A DNA stretch of 64,000 bases, taken from NCBI RefSeq assembly GCF_006345805.1, contig NC_043009.1, positions 33,666,001 through 33,730,000 of the forward strand, read 5' to 3'. Each line of letters opens with the position of its first letter. Position 1 is the stretch's first letter. This document shows positions 1-13,273 of the stretch, in pieces. The notes beneath the pieces are model-generated. The model was not told where the DNA came from and made no database searches. It worked only from the letters and a program-made list of their open reading frames with translations. This DNA is from Octopus sinensis. Taxonomy: Eukaryota. Made by a program: the position numbers and the translations under genes.

Positions 1-8
1 TATATATA

Positions 9-1097
9 CTAGCAGTATCGCCCGGCGTTGCTCCGGTTTGTAAGGGAAATAACTATATAAGCATTTTTAGAGATGTAAAGTATAATAGCCATCTCAATAT
101 GGCTAACCACTAAGGGGGGGGGGTGTTACTGTAGTTTTTTACGTTCTGAGATTTAATAATAAATTTTTAGAGAGTTACTTCCCTTATATATGCCAAAAAT
201 GCATTAAAAATGGGAAAAATTGATGGTAAATTTTTTTTAAATCGTAGACTCATCGTAGACGCGCGCTAATACCCAGAAGGGTTCGATATGAATCACGACT
301 ATAAGATACCCGGTTTTGGTTAAACTGCACCGCAAAATGTGGGAGTATTTAGGAATCTAAATCGTAGGAGACAGACACACAACTTGACTTTTATATATAA
401 AGACTAGCAGTATCGCCCGGCGTTGCTCGGGTTTGTAAGGGAAATAACTATATAAGCATTTTTAGAGAGTTATAGCCAAAAAATAGCAAAAAAATGCATC
501 AAAAGTGGAAAAAAAATGATGGTAAATTTTTTTTTAAATTGTTGACTCATCGTAGACATTTTTAGAGAGTTACTTCCCTTATATAATAGCGAAAAAATGC
601 ATTAAAATGGAAAAAAAATGATGGTAAATTTTTTTTTAAATCGTAGACTCATAGAAGACGTGCGCTAATACCCAGAAGGGTCGATATGAATCACGACTAT
701 AAGATACCCGGTTTTGATTAAACTGCACCGCAAAATGTGGGAGTATTTAGGAATCTAAATCGTAGGAGACAGACACACAACTTGACTTTTATATATAAAG
801 ACTAGCAGTATCGCCCGGCGTTGCTCGGATTTGTAAGGGAAATAACTATATAAGCATTTTTAGAGAGTTATAGCCAAAAAATAGCAAAAAAATGCATTAA
901 AAATGGAAAAAAAATGATGGTAATTTTTTTTTAAATCGTTGACTCATCGTAGACGCACGCTAATACCCAGAAGAGCTCGATATGAATCACGACTATAAGA
1001 TAACCGGTTTTGGTTAAACTGCACCGCAAAATGTGGGAGTATTTAGGAATCTAAATCGTAGGAGACAGACACACAACTTCACTTTTATATATAAAGA
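9..1097 (-). mobile_element. Three head-to-tail non-autonomous Helitron units (9-403, 404-801, 802-1097)
   Basis: On the - strand each unit starts TCTTTATATATAAAAG and ends with a GC hairpin (CCCGAGCAACGCCGGG or a 1-nt variant) about 10 nt before CTAG. Internal junctions read CTAG|TC with no spacer. The array sits between A (1098 on -) and T (8 on -). Confidence 0.88.
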
Positions 1098-1789
1098 TAA
1101 AGATATGTATGTATGTATATAGTTTGTGTGTCTGTGTGTGTGTAGACATTTATGTTTTTTATAGAAATCCACATTCAATGTCCGATTAACATCAAATTTT
1201 ATAGACATACTCCATAAGGTCAGAGCTAGGTCATGGCGAAGAAATTACCCCGTGACCTGCATGCATGACAGGAGGCATAGACATAAAGTTACCTTATATG
1301 CACATGTGTTGCTGAACTTTTATTCACACCTTAATTGCTCCGTTTTACACGTTAATGTGTTATTTTGGTGAGAGAGAGCAAAATGACTCATGCACCATGT
1401 TTTGCACCTCTAGCTACCCTTTTGACACATTTTTGGCTCAGTAAATGAAGCTCTTACCCTTTCTCTCCCAGGGTTCAATATAATGCTACCTTTAAAAAAC
1501 CAATTGCCAAACATTTAGTCATTACATCGTTACACTTTTTACTTTGAAGAAAGACAGCAAAAGAACCCATGTTCCATACGTTTTGCAAGTTCCAATGCAT
1601 AACATTGAGCAATAGGCTTTCTTAGTCGAGGGCCATAGTGGTGGTTTATTGTAAAAAATAACGTCAAAGCTTTTGAAGCCCTATTACTGCTTGCAATAGC
1701 TTCTCCATTAACCATACCCACGCCTTAGTTGCTGTGTATGATGTTACTTAGGGGGTAGAGACAACAAGGTGCGCATCATCACCCTATTG

Positions 1790-1950
1790 ACACTCTTTTG
1801 GCTATTATGAAATTATAAATGGTGGAGATTCGGGGTATTGAACCTGGATCCTATAATGATGTTTGACAATAAAGTAAACGGGAAAAACCGTTTTCATGCT
1901 GCACTGTAAGGGTGAAGTCCATTGTTGAATGGGGGACGCTATAATTATTA
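1790..1950 (+). mobile_element. Possible highly decayed PIF/Harbinger transposase fragment
   Basis: Manual translation gives GGDSGY, followed after frameshifts by RFHAA...KSIVE, resembling the GDSGY...RFN.AH...R.IVE motif. Many stops. Confidence 0.35.
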
Positions 1951-2669
1951 ACCCCAGAAACTATGACGAATTGGCTACACCCTGGAAAAACTTTATAAAT
2001 AGACATAATTTGAACCCCCCCTCCCCCATGGAAGAGTTTTGTTCTATTCGATTCTGGAAGCAGTAATTGCCTGTTTTAGTTTATGCACTTTGTACTTTGT
2101 GTTAGACATTTGTGGAAATATTTTATGCTCCAGAAATTCGCCAGAACTTTTTGCTTGTCAGTTAAAAAATGTTTGTGTCATATCGAAATCCAATGTTCTA
2201 CATCCCAAGGTTCGAAACTCAAGGTTGAACACCGAATTGATAGACAGATTTCATGAAGTCATGGTTCAAAATCCATTGTTGAAATCCGACGTTTGAAAAC
2301 CGAATGTTTACAAAACTGGAAATCTGGATTTTATGAAACCCAATATTTTTGGAAAGCCACTTTTGAAAAACCAAGATATGGAGTCCGATCTTCTGAATTG
2401 TGTATATATGTTACCCTTGTAACTTTTGACTGCACGTTTGGTGTAGCCTTGGCTGTTTGCTTGTATATATATTTGCTGTAAGCTGTTTTTATGTTGATGA
2501 TTAATAATAGTTTTACAAAAAATTCATAGTGTGGTGTTGTTTTAAATTCACCCTGTGCACGTTGATTCTGTGAATTTGGGTTACGGCCACAAGGTCATAA
2601 CATGGCACACTTAATTAAGCAAAAGTCATCCTTTGCCAGGGCTCAGTGCACTACTATGTTACAAACTTC

Positions 2670-2995
2670 CGTTTAGTGAACTTGTATTTAATGATTCTGC
2701 AAAGAAAGAGGCTTGGAAATGTCATTACGAAAGGCTGCTAAACATGGAGAATGAATGGGAGAAGGAGAGTCTGTGAAATGTTAACCCAACTGAGGGACCA
2801 GCTATCTGAATTGACTGTAGCTTAGTAGATAAAGCAATTAAGGGCATGAAAACAGGGAAAGCTCCCAGCTCATTAGGAATCACTACTGAGATGTTTAAAA
2901 TATCTGGCAGTGTAGGCTGTGGTCTAGTCACCCGTATAGTTAATTAGGTTGCCCATGAGGAAGCTATACCCAACGATTGGTGTAGCAATATTATA
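2670..2995 (+). mobile_element. Decayed RTE-clade LINE ORF fragment (region preceding the RT core)
   Basis: Translates AKKEAWKCHYERLLNMENEW...VDKAIKGMKTGKAPSSLGITTEMFK...IPNDWCS with in-frame stops. Confidence 0.7.
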
Positions 2996-3059
2996 GATAG
3001 ATAAACAAATAGAGAGATAGGTCAAAAAATTTTTTAAAACAGGTCAGTGGTTAGCTCTG

Positions 3060-3323
3060 TTAGGTTGCTCGGAAAGTCCATGCAATTCTTTTCTGAGAGT
3101 TTGTGAGGGACCTATATTTTATGGCGAGAAATGTATCCTAGCTTCACTAGGTGTTCATGGGCCATACTTTTAGAAACTTCCAACTCCTCTGCAAGTTCTC
3201 TAGTCATGATATTTGAGTTTTCTTCGATTTTTGCCTTCAAAACCTCTTCATCCAATTTTGAAGGCCTTCCACTGCGGTTGTCATCTTTCAGCCTAAACTC
3301 CGCAGCTTTAAATTTCACAAACC
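3060..3323 (-). mobile_element. Internally deleted mariner transposon (TIR plus HTH fragment), copy A
   Basis: TTAGGTTG TIR-like end at 3060. ORF 3112-3342 reads FKAAEFRLKDDNRSGRPSKLDEEVLKAKIEE, a mariner HTH. 3075-3323 matches 16468-16715. Confidence 0.8.
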
Positions 3324-4272
3324 TGACTCTTCTTTGAGCCACTTCTTCACTAGAGTTTTCACTTCCTTGTCATTAAACATTGGAAAATATGAAGTGAAAA
3401 CAGTTTGGGGTCAAAAACATGTCTGGAGTATTTTCTTTGAACTTTAAATATAGTTTGGTATAGTGAGAGAAAAAGAGAGGGAGTGTAGTTGTCTATTGTC
3501 TAAAGAAGATTTTTTTCCCTGTGGGTTTCTGCTGTATTTGCCAGCTTAAAAGCATTTATTGAATAGGTTTTATGTCCACTTGTGTGTGTGTGGTGTTAAA
3601 GAAGGCAAAATATAAAACAAAAATAATGGTGTTCAGTAGTTGGTTCAATACACTGGCCACAGGAATTTCTGTCCAGGAAAGTTGTACATCATCTCTTTCT
3701 TTCTCTCACATACCCACTCTCTCTTATCATTACTCCCATCAACTCTCCTACATTTCTTTGTCTCACTTTCTCTCCCTCTCTTTTTCTTTCTGTCTGTCTC
3801 TCTCTCTTTCTCTTCGCCCTGTCCCTATGCCTACTATTACTCTCACCCCAGCACAATGAAGTGTCATTTAATAGTGAGAAAGGGGGTCAAAGTGTGACAC
3901 ACTGACACAGAAATTAGTTTTTGCATTTATTATATTAGATATATTCTTTTATGTATTTTAGCCAGGTGGATATGGTCATGCTGGATAACGACCATTAGAA
4001 AGAATAACTGAGAAGATTTATTTCATTAACAAACCTTCATCGACCGTTCACAAAACGAAAACGTCAAAGTTCCTCTGGCAGACGACACATTTCAATACTG
4101 GCATACGCAATATCCATTTCACAGCATTTTGTTTGTTTACCTTTCATTATCCAGATTTCATTTTCAAAACTTTTCACTGTTGTTCATACATTTTTTTTCA
4201 TCACTGTTAAAGTTGTCCCTAATTTTGTAAATATCTTTTGAGGATTATACTACTTCTTAAAACACACCAAAA

Positions 4273-4460
4273 ATGTCTTCAGAAGACTCTACAGACGCTG
4301 GAATTTCTTCAAATCCATTTGCCGTGTTCATCCTTATATTATTTGGAATCGTTCTTTTAGTCTATCTGCTTTCGAATCCCATCAAACAAGCCTTAGACAC
4401 TTGCAGACTGAAGTTCCTATCCTTTGTATTGGCAAGGTACTGGCGCATGGTACTGGAAAA
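4273..4460 (+). pseudogene. METTL7: METTL7-like exon 1 fragment (copy A), truncated after about 62 codons
   Basis: MSSEDSTDAG...VLARYWRMVLE is nearly identical to 19516-19701. It then switches abruptly to a MITE-like element, and the rest of the exon is absent. Confidence 0.85.
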
Positions 4461-4874
4461 TCCCCGTTTTCGGATACAGAGGTTCCTGGAAATTGCTAAA
4501 AATTGGCATTGTGAACTACCCCCCCAACTTCTTCAATTTTTACTTTTTTACCCCAACACTAACCCTAACCGTAACCCTAAAACCCTAACCCTAAAACCGT
4601 AACCGTAAGTACAGACATGTTTTGAAATTTTTGTCTGAATCATGACGTCCGTATTTTTCCTCATATTTAGGAAAAAATAATACCTAAAAAATGAATTTTA
4701 CACAGATTTTTGGAAATGTTTTTCAGAATCATAATCTCCGTATTTTTCGGCATATTTTGAAAAAAAATTGTGAAAAAAAGGTTAAAAATGAAGGAAATGG
4801 GGGTGGTAATTTAGAAATGTTGATTTTTGATACTTTTTTTTACAGATTCGTATTCCCCGTAGCCGAAAAGGGAG
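4461..4874. mobile_element. MITE-like element with internal telomere-like (TAACCC)n repeats
   Basis: Imperfect 20-bp inverted ends (4462-4481 vs 4855-4874, 15/20 match). Degenerate CCCTAA/CCGTAA run at about 4557-4608. Confidence 0.55.
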
Positions 4875-5143
4875 TTTGTGGAATGTTACCTTTAATTAAT
4901 TATTTGTTAATATTCTACACATCTAATTAACTTTTAAATACACTAAACATAAGAAAATGTGTTAATATTTTTAGATAAATTATATATTTATCAAACATTA
5001 TGTTGACTGAAAATTGCTATTTTTAAATCTCACAATGAGAGATATTCAGCAACTGTACTTTGTAGTAAAGATTGTTTGTCAACATAACATGGCAGTCCTG
5101 GTTTAGGACGAATGTTGCTGTAATTTAGCCCCAGGAGACAACG

Positions 5144-5235
5144 TCTCCAGCTGGCTATACGACACGATCTGTGTCCTTATCTTCCCTTGTTCGAAAATAT
5201 AAGGACACAGATCATGTTGTATAGCCAACTGGAGA
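5144..5235. repeat. Near-perfect palindrome, 37-bp arms and 18-nt loop
   Basis: TCTCCAGCTGGCTATACGACACGATCTGTGTCCTTAT (5144-5180) versus its complement at 5199-5235, with 3 differences. Confidence 0.9.
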
Positions 5236-7671
5236 TTATGTTGACTGTATGGTCAAGCTTGGAACACCTTTATGCTGGTTCCATTTAAAATAATATATTA
5301 ATGAAATTATTGTATACAGTGCTCAGGTGCACCACAATTTGTCAGGTGCACCACAACATGTCAAGGTGCACCACAACTTTACAGACAATTATTAAAAGAG
5401 TTTTTTCGTTAATTCATTCACTCTAAATTTGTCTAACCATAGTATACAAGTGCAGAAGATACTCTCGTCTAAACTCTTTGGCATTTGCTGTTTCATTAAA
5501 TTATGTTACCCAAAATCCCAAAGAATATTCTTCTTCCTCGTGTTGTATTTACTGCCTGACCATCTAACTCTGACCCCTCTCTCTCTGCCTCACTCTCTCT
5601 CTATCTCTCTCTCTCTCTCAGCCTCACTGTCTCTCTCTTCAATTTACGACTGCTGTTTCATTAAATTGTTTCCCAAAATCCCAAAATACATTTTTCAATT
5701 CTTTCTTGTGATTTTGACATTTACTGTTTCATTAAATTATGTTACCCAAAATCCCAAAGAAATATTCTTCTTCCTTGTGTTGTATTTATTGCTTGACCAC
5801 CTAACTCTGACCCCTCTTTCTCAACCTCACTGACTCTCTCTCTCTCTCTCTCTTCGATTTACCACCTGATTCGCCAACATTTCCCCCCTAATCCTAACTC
5901 TATATAAACCAATGCATGCTCTGTTTCCCCTACTCGATTTTCAATTCCTCTGCAGAAAGAATATGAATTTCAGAAGATGCTCAGATAAGAAAATTAGTCT
6001 TTTCAACCTCGTTCATATACTCCTGTTGGTACTATTTAAGAAGAGTTGTCCCGGTGCGCGCACTCGTGTACTTGTGTATCCGCGCTAGCTAGTCGTGACT
6101 AGTCAATCCTTATTTTGTGTTTTTGTGTTTTATTTACTTTGTTTAAAAAAATTATTTACTTTGTGCAAAAAAAATTGGATCTTTTCCTTTTGAACGGCAC
6201 TTTGTAACATAATTTCTAGGAAACTAAAAAGTTTTAAACTCCGTATACTGGTAGAATGTGTTTATAAAACATCATTTTCTCTTGGCTTTATTGAGAAAAT
6301 TCTAAAGGTTGTAACATATTTCATCTAAAATTTCTTGCATTTCGGCAATTTTAACCAATCAATTACCTCCATTGACGTAAATAACATTCTGTGCAAAATG
6401 AATATATCCCTCCTTTAAGGAACAGATTGGGTTTATTTACATTTGTGAAGAAAAAAGATACCCTTCCCCAACCCCTAACCCTAAATCTAAAATAGATTGA
6501 AATGCAATAGATCAATACTAGGGCCATAATTATGGGTGACATTTTCATTTGACACCGCTATAAAAAAATCCCATTTTCCATAGCAGTGTCGTATGAAATT
6601 GTCACCCATAAAAAATTGCAGTAGAGTCCAGTCAAATGGACGACCATGTTGAAGTGGCTACAAATATTACTTGTCAGCACAGCTACTGTGTTGATTTTAA
6701 AACTAGCATTTTTTTCTTTGTTATTCAACTATTATTTTATTCAGTTAAAGATGTCTTATTATTTAAACAACAACCATAACTAGGTGAATAGTCACTCCTT
6801 TTTGTGTACTACTTTCTTGGTCTTGGTTGTTACTGCTACTTGAAGTAGCTCAAGAGCCAAGATTAGTTTTGTTTGACTAAAATGGCTGCCAGGTTACTGT
6901 TCTGTGGTTAGTCAGAACAAAGCTGGTAAAAACCTGTTGAAATGTCTGCTACAAACAGGTTGTTTAACTTCAGTTAGTGAATGTGCCTCTGCAAGGTTGC
7001 TTGTCTTCAAAATTCCTCTCAAAACATACTGTACTGTCTTAAAATATGAGACAACCATGCAAGTACAATCATGTAGTTTAATTAGGACTGACTTCTCTGC
7101 TGTATTTCTTCATGAAACATTCAAATATCTGCTGTGTGTCAGTCCTTGTTTGTTTGTTTGTATGTGTGTATCTATTATGTAATATAAAATCTTACTGATG
7201 AACATGGAAATCCTGTCTATATTTAGTTTGATAGCTTAAATCCCACCATACTTCTGATATCAAGAATGTACTGCCGAATGCAGCTTCATTTGCAAAGCTA
7301 TTCTACATGGTATTCTGAATATGTAATTGGAATTTTCAAATGTGGTTAAGAAGTTTCTTTCCCAACCAAAAGCACACACACACATACAGTGAGCTTCTTA
7401 CAGTTTCCATCTACCTCATCCACTCACAAGGCTTTGAATGGCTCAAGGTTAAAGCAGATGAAACTTGCTCAAGTTGTTACACAGCTGGGACCAATTCTGG
7501 AATCACATGATTGTGATGCCAGCATCTTCATTGTACAGCTATACCTGCAACTATGTTTGTTAACTTCTTTGCATCTTCAAAAGTATGTGAAATACAAGAT
7601 CTCTTACTTAAAAAACAGGAATGGTTTAGCGACAGGAAGAGTATCCAGCTGTAAACAATGCCTCAGTCATC

Positions 7672-7883
7672 ATCATCATCATCATTGTCATTGAACGTCT
7701 GTTTGCCATGCTGGCATGGGTTGAATGGTTTGACTGAGGACTGGCGAGCCAGAAAGCTGCACCAGGCTCCAATCTGATCTGGCAGAGTTTCTACTGCTGG
7801 ATGCCCTTCCTAATGCCAACCACTCCGAGAGTGTAGTGGGTGCTTTTACGTTCCACTGGCACGAGAGCCAGTCAGGTGATTCT
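7672..7883 (-). mobile_element. RTE-type 3' end fragment with (GAT)n tail (longer paralog at 21889-22260)
   Basis: Contains GGATGCCCTTCCTAATGCCAACC and a (CAT)n end, matching the 3' UTR that follows the RTE ORF at 25023-25934. Confidence 0.75.
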
Positions 7884-9782
7884 GGCAACGACCACGTTGA
7901 CCATCTTGATGTGTTTTTAAGGGATAATATTTTGTCTATTTATGTTTTTATGTATCCTACCAGTTGCAGAGATAAAATGGTTTGGATTAACATGAACTTT
8001 CCATGATTGCTGGAGAGAGAACAGGAATCTTATTAAATGTCTCAAGAGATCATAAAGTTTTGGAGTGTCGTGAATGTTTGGACCAGGCTTAGGATATGAG
8101 GAAATAGTATTCCAAGTTGAATTGAATCTGTACAGATATTTGTTAAAGTAAAAGTAGTGTAAGGATTATGGTCCCTTACTTAATTTGATTAATGTTTGAA
8201 GACTGTTGCTCATTTCTATTTACTTAGAAAAAATATCTTAGTTCATTGTCCCAAATTGATAATTGTCAGTTATTTAATGAACCTAACTTGTTTGCATGGT
8301 TAATTATGAGTTTTCTCTTTTGTATTCACGTCACTTCTCTCCCCACCACACTCTCTCTCTCTCTCTCTGCTATGTTGCACCATGCGATGGGCTATAGATG
8401 GCCTCTCACAACATTCCCCTCCCCAACGATGGAAAGAAGAGTTGGGTGGGATGAGGAGCAACTGAATTTCCACTGGAACCTCTCAAGGACAGCTTTCTGT
8501 GCAGCACAACACAGAATGTCAGTAAATGCAATTTAGTTTGTTTTTCTTTTGGCTTTTCATGTGAAATTTATAAAAGGTCAGACCATGCTATAATGCACAT
8601 TCTTGTCCTTAAATGATGGTGGTGGGGAATCTATTTTAAAAAAACCATGGAAAAGTATAATGAAAACAATAAAGTAGTTTACTGCAAAGTTGTCATAAAT
8701 TGGTCGAGAGAGAAGGAAATGGTTCTTTGTATAATTATTTTAAAATATTCTTTACAATATGAATTGGAAAAATAACATCTGCAGTGGTTAAAATTGATAA
8801 AGTAATAATGTAATTGGGAGTGAATGACTTGCATTCATAATGACTACCAAGTACAGAAGTGTACCAGCTGTTGTTTTATCTCAAAAGGATATTCAAATTG
8901 TCAATGGGTTTTGTTCAGTGTGGTGGTGATGGTGATGGCAGGGTTACTGGATGTTAAACTATGGAGGGCTTGCATTTAAATATACATCATTTTTAGTCAT
9001 GCAGTCAACAGTACTTTGAATTCTACACCAAATTTCATGAATTAGACCCAAGATTCTTGTGCTTGTTCCATAATAACAACACAAAATGGATGTTCAGCAC
9101 CAGCTCTTATTGACTATTCTGGTTTTATGAGAGAATTTAATGGTAATCATAAAAACTTGTTTAAATGCAACCACTGAGAAACAAGAACAGTATCGTAATG
9201 TTTGGAGCATTTGATATGAAACTCTTCATTGTAATAAAGTATTCTAAAAAAAAACTGCAACTGTTCAGAGAGAAAATACTTTCTTGGCACCTCCTTCTCT
9301 GCTTTTCTCTTAATGTTTCCAATTTTTCATTAACAAAGACCATCATTCAGTAATTTAGAGAATAAAGACTCCTTCCTTTTTCTATTTTCTCTTGTTTTCA
9401 ATTAATGGTCTCTACAAAGGATTATTGAATATGATTAGGGGTGAGTTTCAGGGGTTTCATTGCTGTTGTGTATTTCCCTGATTAGTCCTGTTCAAGACAG
9501 AAAATCAGTAGAATCATTACAACCTCAGATAGAATGGTCTGACAATATTTACCCTTCTTCTTTGTGCTCTTCATCATCACCATTGTTTTAACAACCACTT
9601 TTCCATACTTGCATGGATCAGATGGAGTTTCTTGAGGCAGTTTTTCTACAGTTGAATGCTCATCCTGTCACCAAACCTCACCTGTTTCCAAGCAAGGTTA
9701 TATTTCGTCATGGCCAGACAGGCTTTTGCAAGCTATTGGAAATGATTGACACGGCTTATATGACAGTGACTCTCATTTACAT

Positions 9783-10050
9783 CATCATCATTGTTTAATG
9801 TCCGCTTACCATGGTGGCATGGGTTGGATGGTTCACCTGGGGTCTGGGAAGCCAGGAGGCTGCACCAGGCTCCAGTCTGATCTGGCAGTGTTTCTACAGC
9901 TGGATGCCCTTCCTAATGCCAACCACTCCGAGAGTGTAGTGGATGCTTTTTACGTGCCACTGGCACAGGGGCCAGAGGAGGTTGGCAATGACCACGATTG
10001 GTTGGTGCTTTTTACGTGCCACCGGCATGGAATCCCGTCGAGGCGTCACT
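9783..10050 (-). mobile_element. RTE-type 3' end fragment
   Basis: Same motif set and (CAT)n end as the other copies. Confidence 0.75.
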
Positions 10051-10639
10051 GGAATCAGCCAATTTTGGATGATGCTTAACTATCACAAAATTTTGAGACA
10101 AGGAGATACATACGCACTTACACGCACATATATACTTCTGGTTTCGTAGAAGAAGGACGTGTTTCCTTCGTTCTGGGAAAAAGAAAAAACAAACAATAAA
10201 GGGATTGCATAAATCGATGAAATAATCTGCTAGAACTGATAAAAATGTAGAACTTGTTGTCTCATAGCGGTCTACTAGGATATATTAGTTAAAAACCGTA
10301 ATATATTCCGCTTCAAGCCAAATATAATACATTAAAGTTAATTACGCATGCAAGATACTCCATCAAAAAAGCACATGGTGGCAATTTGTAAGTTTATTTC
10401 CAGCCGACTGTATGAAGCAAAAAGAATTGTTTTCTTTTCTTTTTTTAAAGACAACTTCTTCGTATAGGGACACGGATTTGGAATTTTGCCTTTTGCGAAT
10501 AAGTATCCTTTTCGTTTGATTAATTTCCTGTAATTCAATGTAACTTTCTGAATTAGGACCTCATGTTTGTTTACATTCTGTGAATAATCTTCTTTCAATT
10601 TCTGTTGCAGCGCCCACTTCACTTTTATCAATTTCTTGC

Positions 10640-12160
10640 TATATCTCTTTAAAATTATTCAGAAATCCTTTTCATTTGTTTAAAATTGTTTCATTTTAAA
10701 CAGATTATTTAGAAATGTAATTGTAAAAAATTATTTAGAAATATAATCATAAAAAGAGAACTTTCGTAGTTACAGATAGGTATATATTTATTTGTTACTT
10801 TATTTATATATATATTTACTTATTTATATATATATTTACTTATATTTACTTATTTACTTATTTATATATATATTTACTTTATTTATATATTGTACTATCC
10901 AAGTAGAATCTTTTGCATAACTTCTTCTCTTTCATTACTTTCTCTCTCTCTGTCTCTTCACCCACTTCGCTTTTATCAAATTCTCACTATATCTCTTTAA
11001 AATTATTAAGAAATCCTTTTCATTTGTTTAAAATTGTTTCATTTAAAAAAAAATTGTCCCGTCACTTAGCGGTTCGGCAAAAGAGGCCGATAGAATAAGT
11101 ACTGGGCTTACAAAGAATAAGTCCCGGGGTCGATTTGCTCGACTAAAGGCGGTGCTCCAGCATGGCCGCAGTCAAACGACTGAAACAAGTAAAAGAGTAA
11201 ATATAATCGTAAAATGTTATTTAGAAATATAATCGTAAAATGTTATTTAGAAATATAATCGTAAAATGTTATTTAGAAATATAATCGTAAAATGTTATTT
11301 AGAAATATAATCGTAAAATGTTATTTAGAGATATAATCGTAAAAAGAGAACTTTCGTAGTCACAGATAGGTATATATTTATAATTAGTTTAGAAGAGAAC
11401 TTTCGTAGTTGCAGATAGGTATATATTTATTTGTTACTTTATTTATATATATATATATTTATTTGTTACTTTATTTATATATTCTACTATCCAGGTAGAA
11501 TCTTTTGCATAACTTCTCTTTCATTACTTTCTCTCTCGCTGTCTCTTCACCTCTCTCTGTCATATCATCTTTCTCCTCTCAGCCTCTCAATCTTCCTAAA
11601 TATATAGACACGAACATTAGAAATATAGTCGTAATTAGTTTAGAAGAGAACTTTCGTAGTTGCAGATAGGTATATATTTATTTGTTACTTTATTTATATA
11701 TATATATATATTTATTTATTTGTTACTTTATTTATATATTCTACTATCCAGGTAGAATCTTTTGCATAACTTCATCTTTCTTTTCTTTCTCTCTCTGTCT
11801 CTTCACTTCTCTCTATCACACCATCTTTCTTCTCTCAGCTTCTCAATCTTCCTAAATATATAGACGCAAACCATCTCCTGTCACTCTCTCTCACTTTCTT
11901 CTTATCTTCTCTCAGCCGCTCAATCTTTTGCATAACTTCCTCTCTTTCATTTCTTCCTCTCTCTGTCTCTTCACTTCTCTCCATCACGCCTCTTTCTCTG
12001 TCTCTTCACTTCTCTCTGTCACACCATCTTTCTTCTCTAGCCTCTCAATCTTCCTAAACATATAGACGCGAACATTCTCCTCTCACTCTCTCTTAATCTC
12101 TTCTTATCTTCTCTCAGCCGCTCAATCTCTCTAAATGCATAGACACTTTCTTTCTCTATT
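10640..12160. repeat. Nested tandem and low-complexity repeats, including a 26-bp minisatellite at about 11207-11345
   Basis: Five to six copies of AAATGTTATTTAGAAATATAATCGTA, plus repeated several-hundred-bp blocks (about 10760, 11390, 11635) and CT-rich repeats. Confidence 0.8.
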
Positions 12161-12233
12161 TCTTCTCTACCCTCTATCACACTGTTAAATTTTAAATATA
12201 ATTAGATAGATAAATAAATAAAATATTTAAAAA

Positions 12234-13235
12234 ATGTCCAGAACCTGGAGGAGCATGGAATTGGCATTGTTTTTAAGAGCCTGGTACTGTGCTGATGGAG
12301 ATAACCCAAACAACATAATTACAGCTGCAGTGAAGAGCAATGATTACACCAGGACGGTAGCACAGATAGAGCGAAAGAAGCAGGAGTTTATATGCTCCTA
12401 TGCACTCATGAGATCCCATATCAGCACTCTTGATGCCATCTTTGACAATGAACAAAGCAAAGATGACAAGGATGGAGGCAGGGATGCAGATGAAAGATGT
12501 CACCTCCACTTGGTAGACACCTAGGACAACAAAGAAGATTCAAGCGAGAAACCTGCCCGGGAAGTAAACCCAAGTGCAAGTACCCCTACCAGCATCAAAA
12601 GGCAAAACCATGGAGATGAAAGAGCCAAAAAAGAAGTAAAAGAAGGAAAAACTAAAAGAAAAACAAAAGATGAAACAGCCAAAGAAGGAAAAACTAAAAC
12701 TCAAACAAAAACAAAAGATGAAACAGCCAAGGAAAGAAGCAAACCTGACTATCCATATACCAAAAGGGATAGAAAGAGACAGCACACACGAATGTGTAAA
12801 TTCTACCTGAAAGGTGTCTGCTGGCATGGAGAGGAAGGTGCAGGCTGCTGTTTTGCACACCAAAGACCCCGCCACATAAACATGAAACAGGGCGGAAACC
12901 ACCTGCCAAAATTAAAAGGAAAGGACTACGCACCACCTGCCCCAGATGTGGTGCGTTTTACAAACCATCAACATGTTATTGAAAGGGCAGTTGTTGAACA
13001 AGAATCTTTTCTGTGCATAGCACAAAAGATTGTACAGCAGCCAACCTGGCTCCACCAAACTCAAAATCACAGATGGGACTATCCACAATACACAAGACCT
13101 CCACAGTAAATAGACTAAAGGTGGACACCACTGGCAACAACACACACATCACCTCGATGCTCCTACTGAACATCAGAGGACTGCTAACACTCAGTAACAG
13201 GACAAAAATCCCTTTCTTGAGAGACCTTGTTTGTT
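12234..13235 (+). mobile_element. Decayed 5' part of a LINE: ORF1-like region with CCCH zinc finger, then start of an APE endonuclease
   Basis: CKFYLKGVCWHGEEGAGCCFAH (CCCH spacing) follows a Lys-rich tract. ITSMLLLNIRGLLTLSNRTKIPFLRDL resembles the APE N-terminus. Stops and frameshifts; cut by a SINE. Confidence 0.6.
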
Positions 13236-13273
13236 GCATGCAATCAAGCCTTATGCATAGCACTTACAACAGG

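Noticed and set aside
8870-8935. Possible missing METTL7 middle exon (..GFCSV..)
   Set aside because: Only a 3-residue resemblance, followed by a stop; no good splice sites; absent from copy B.
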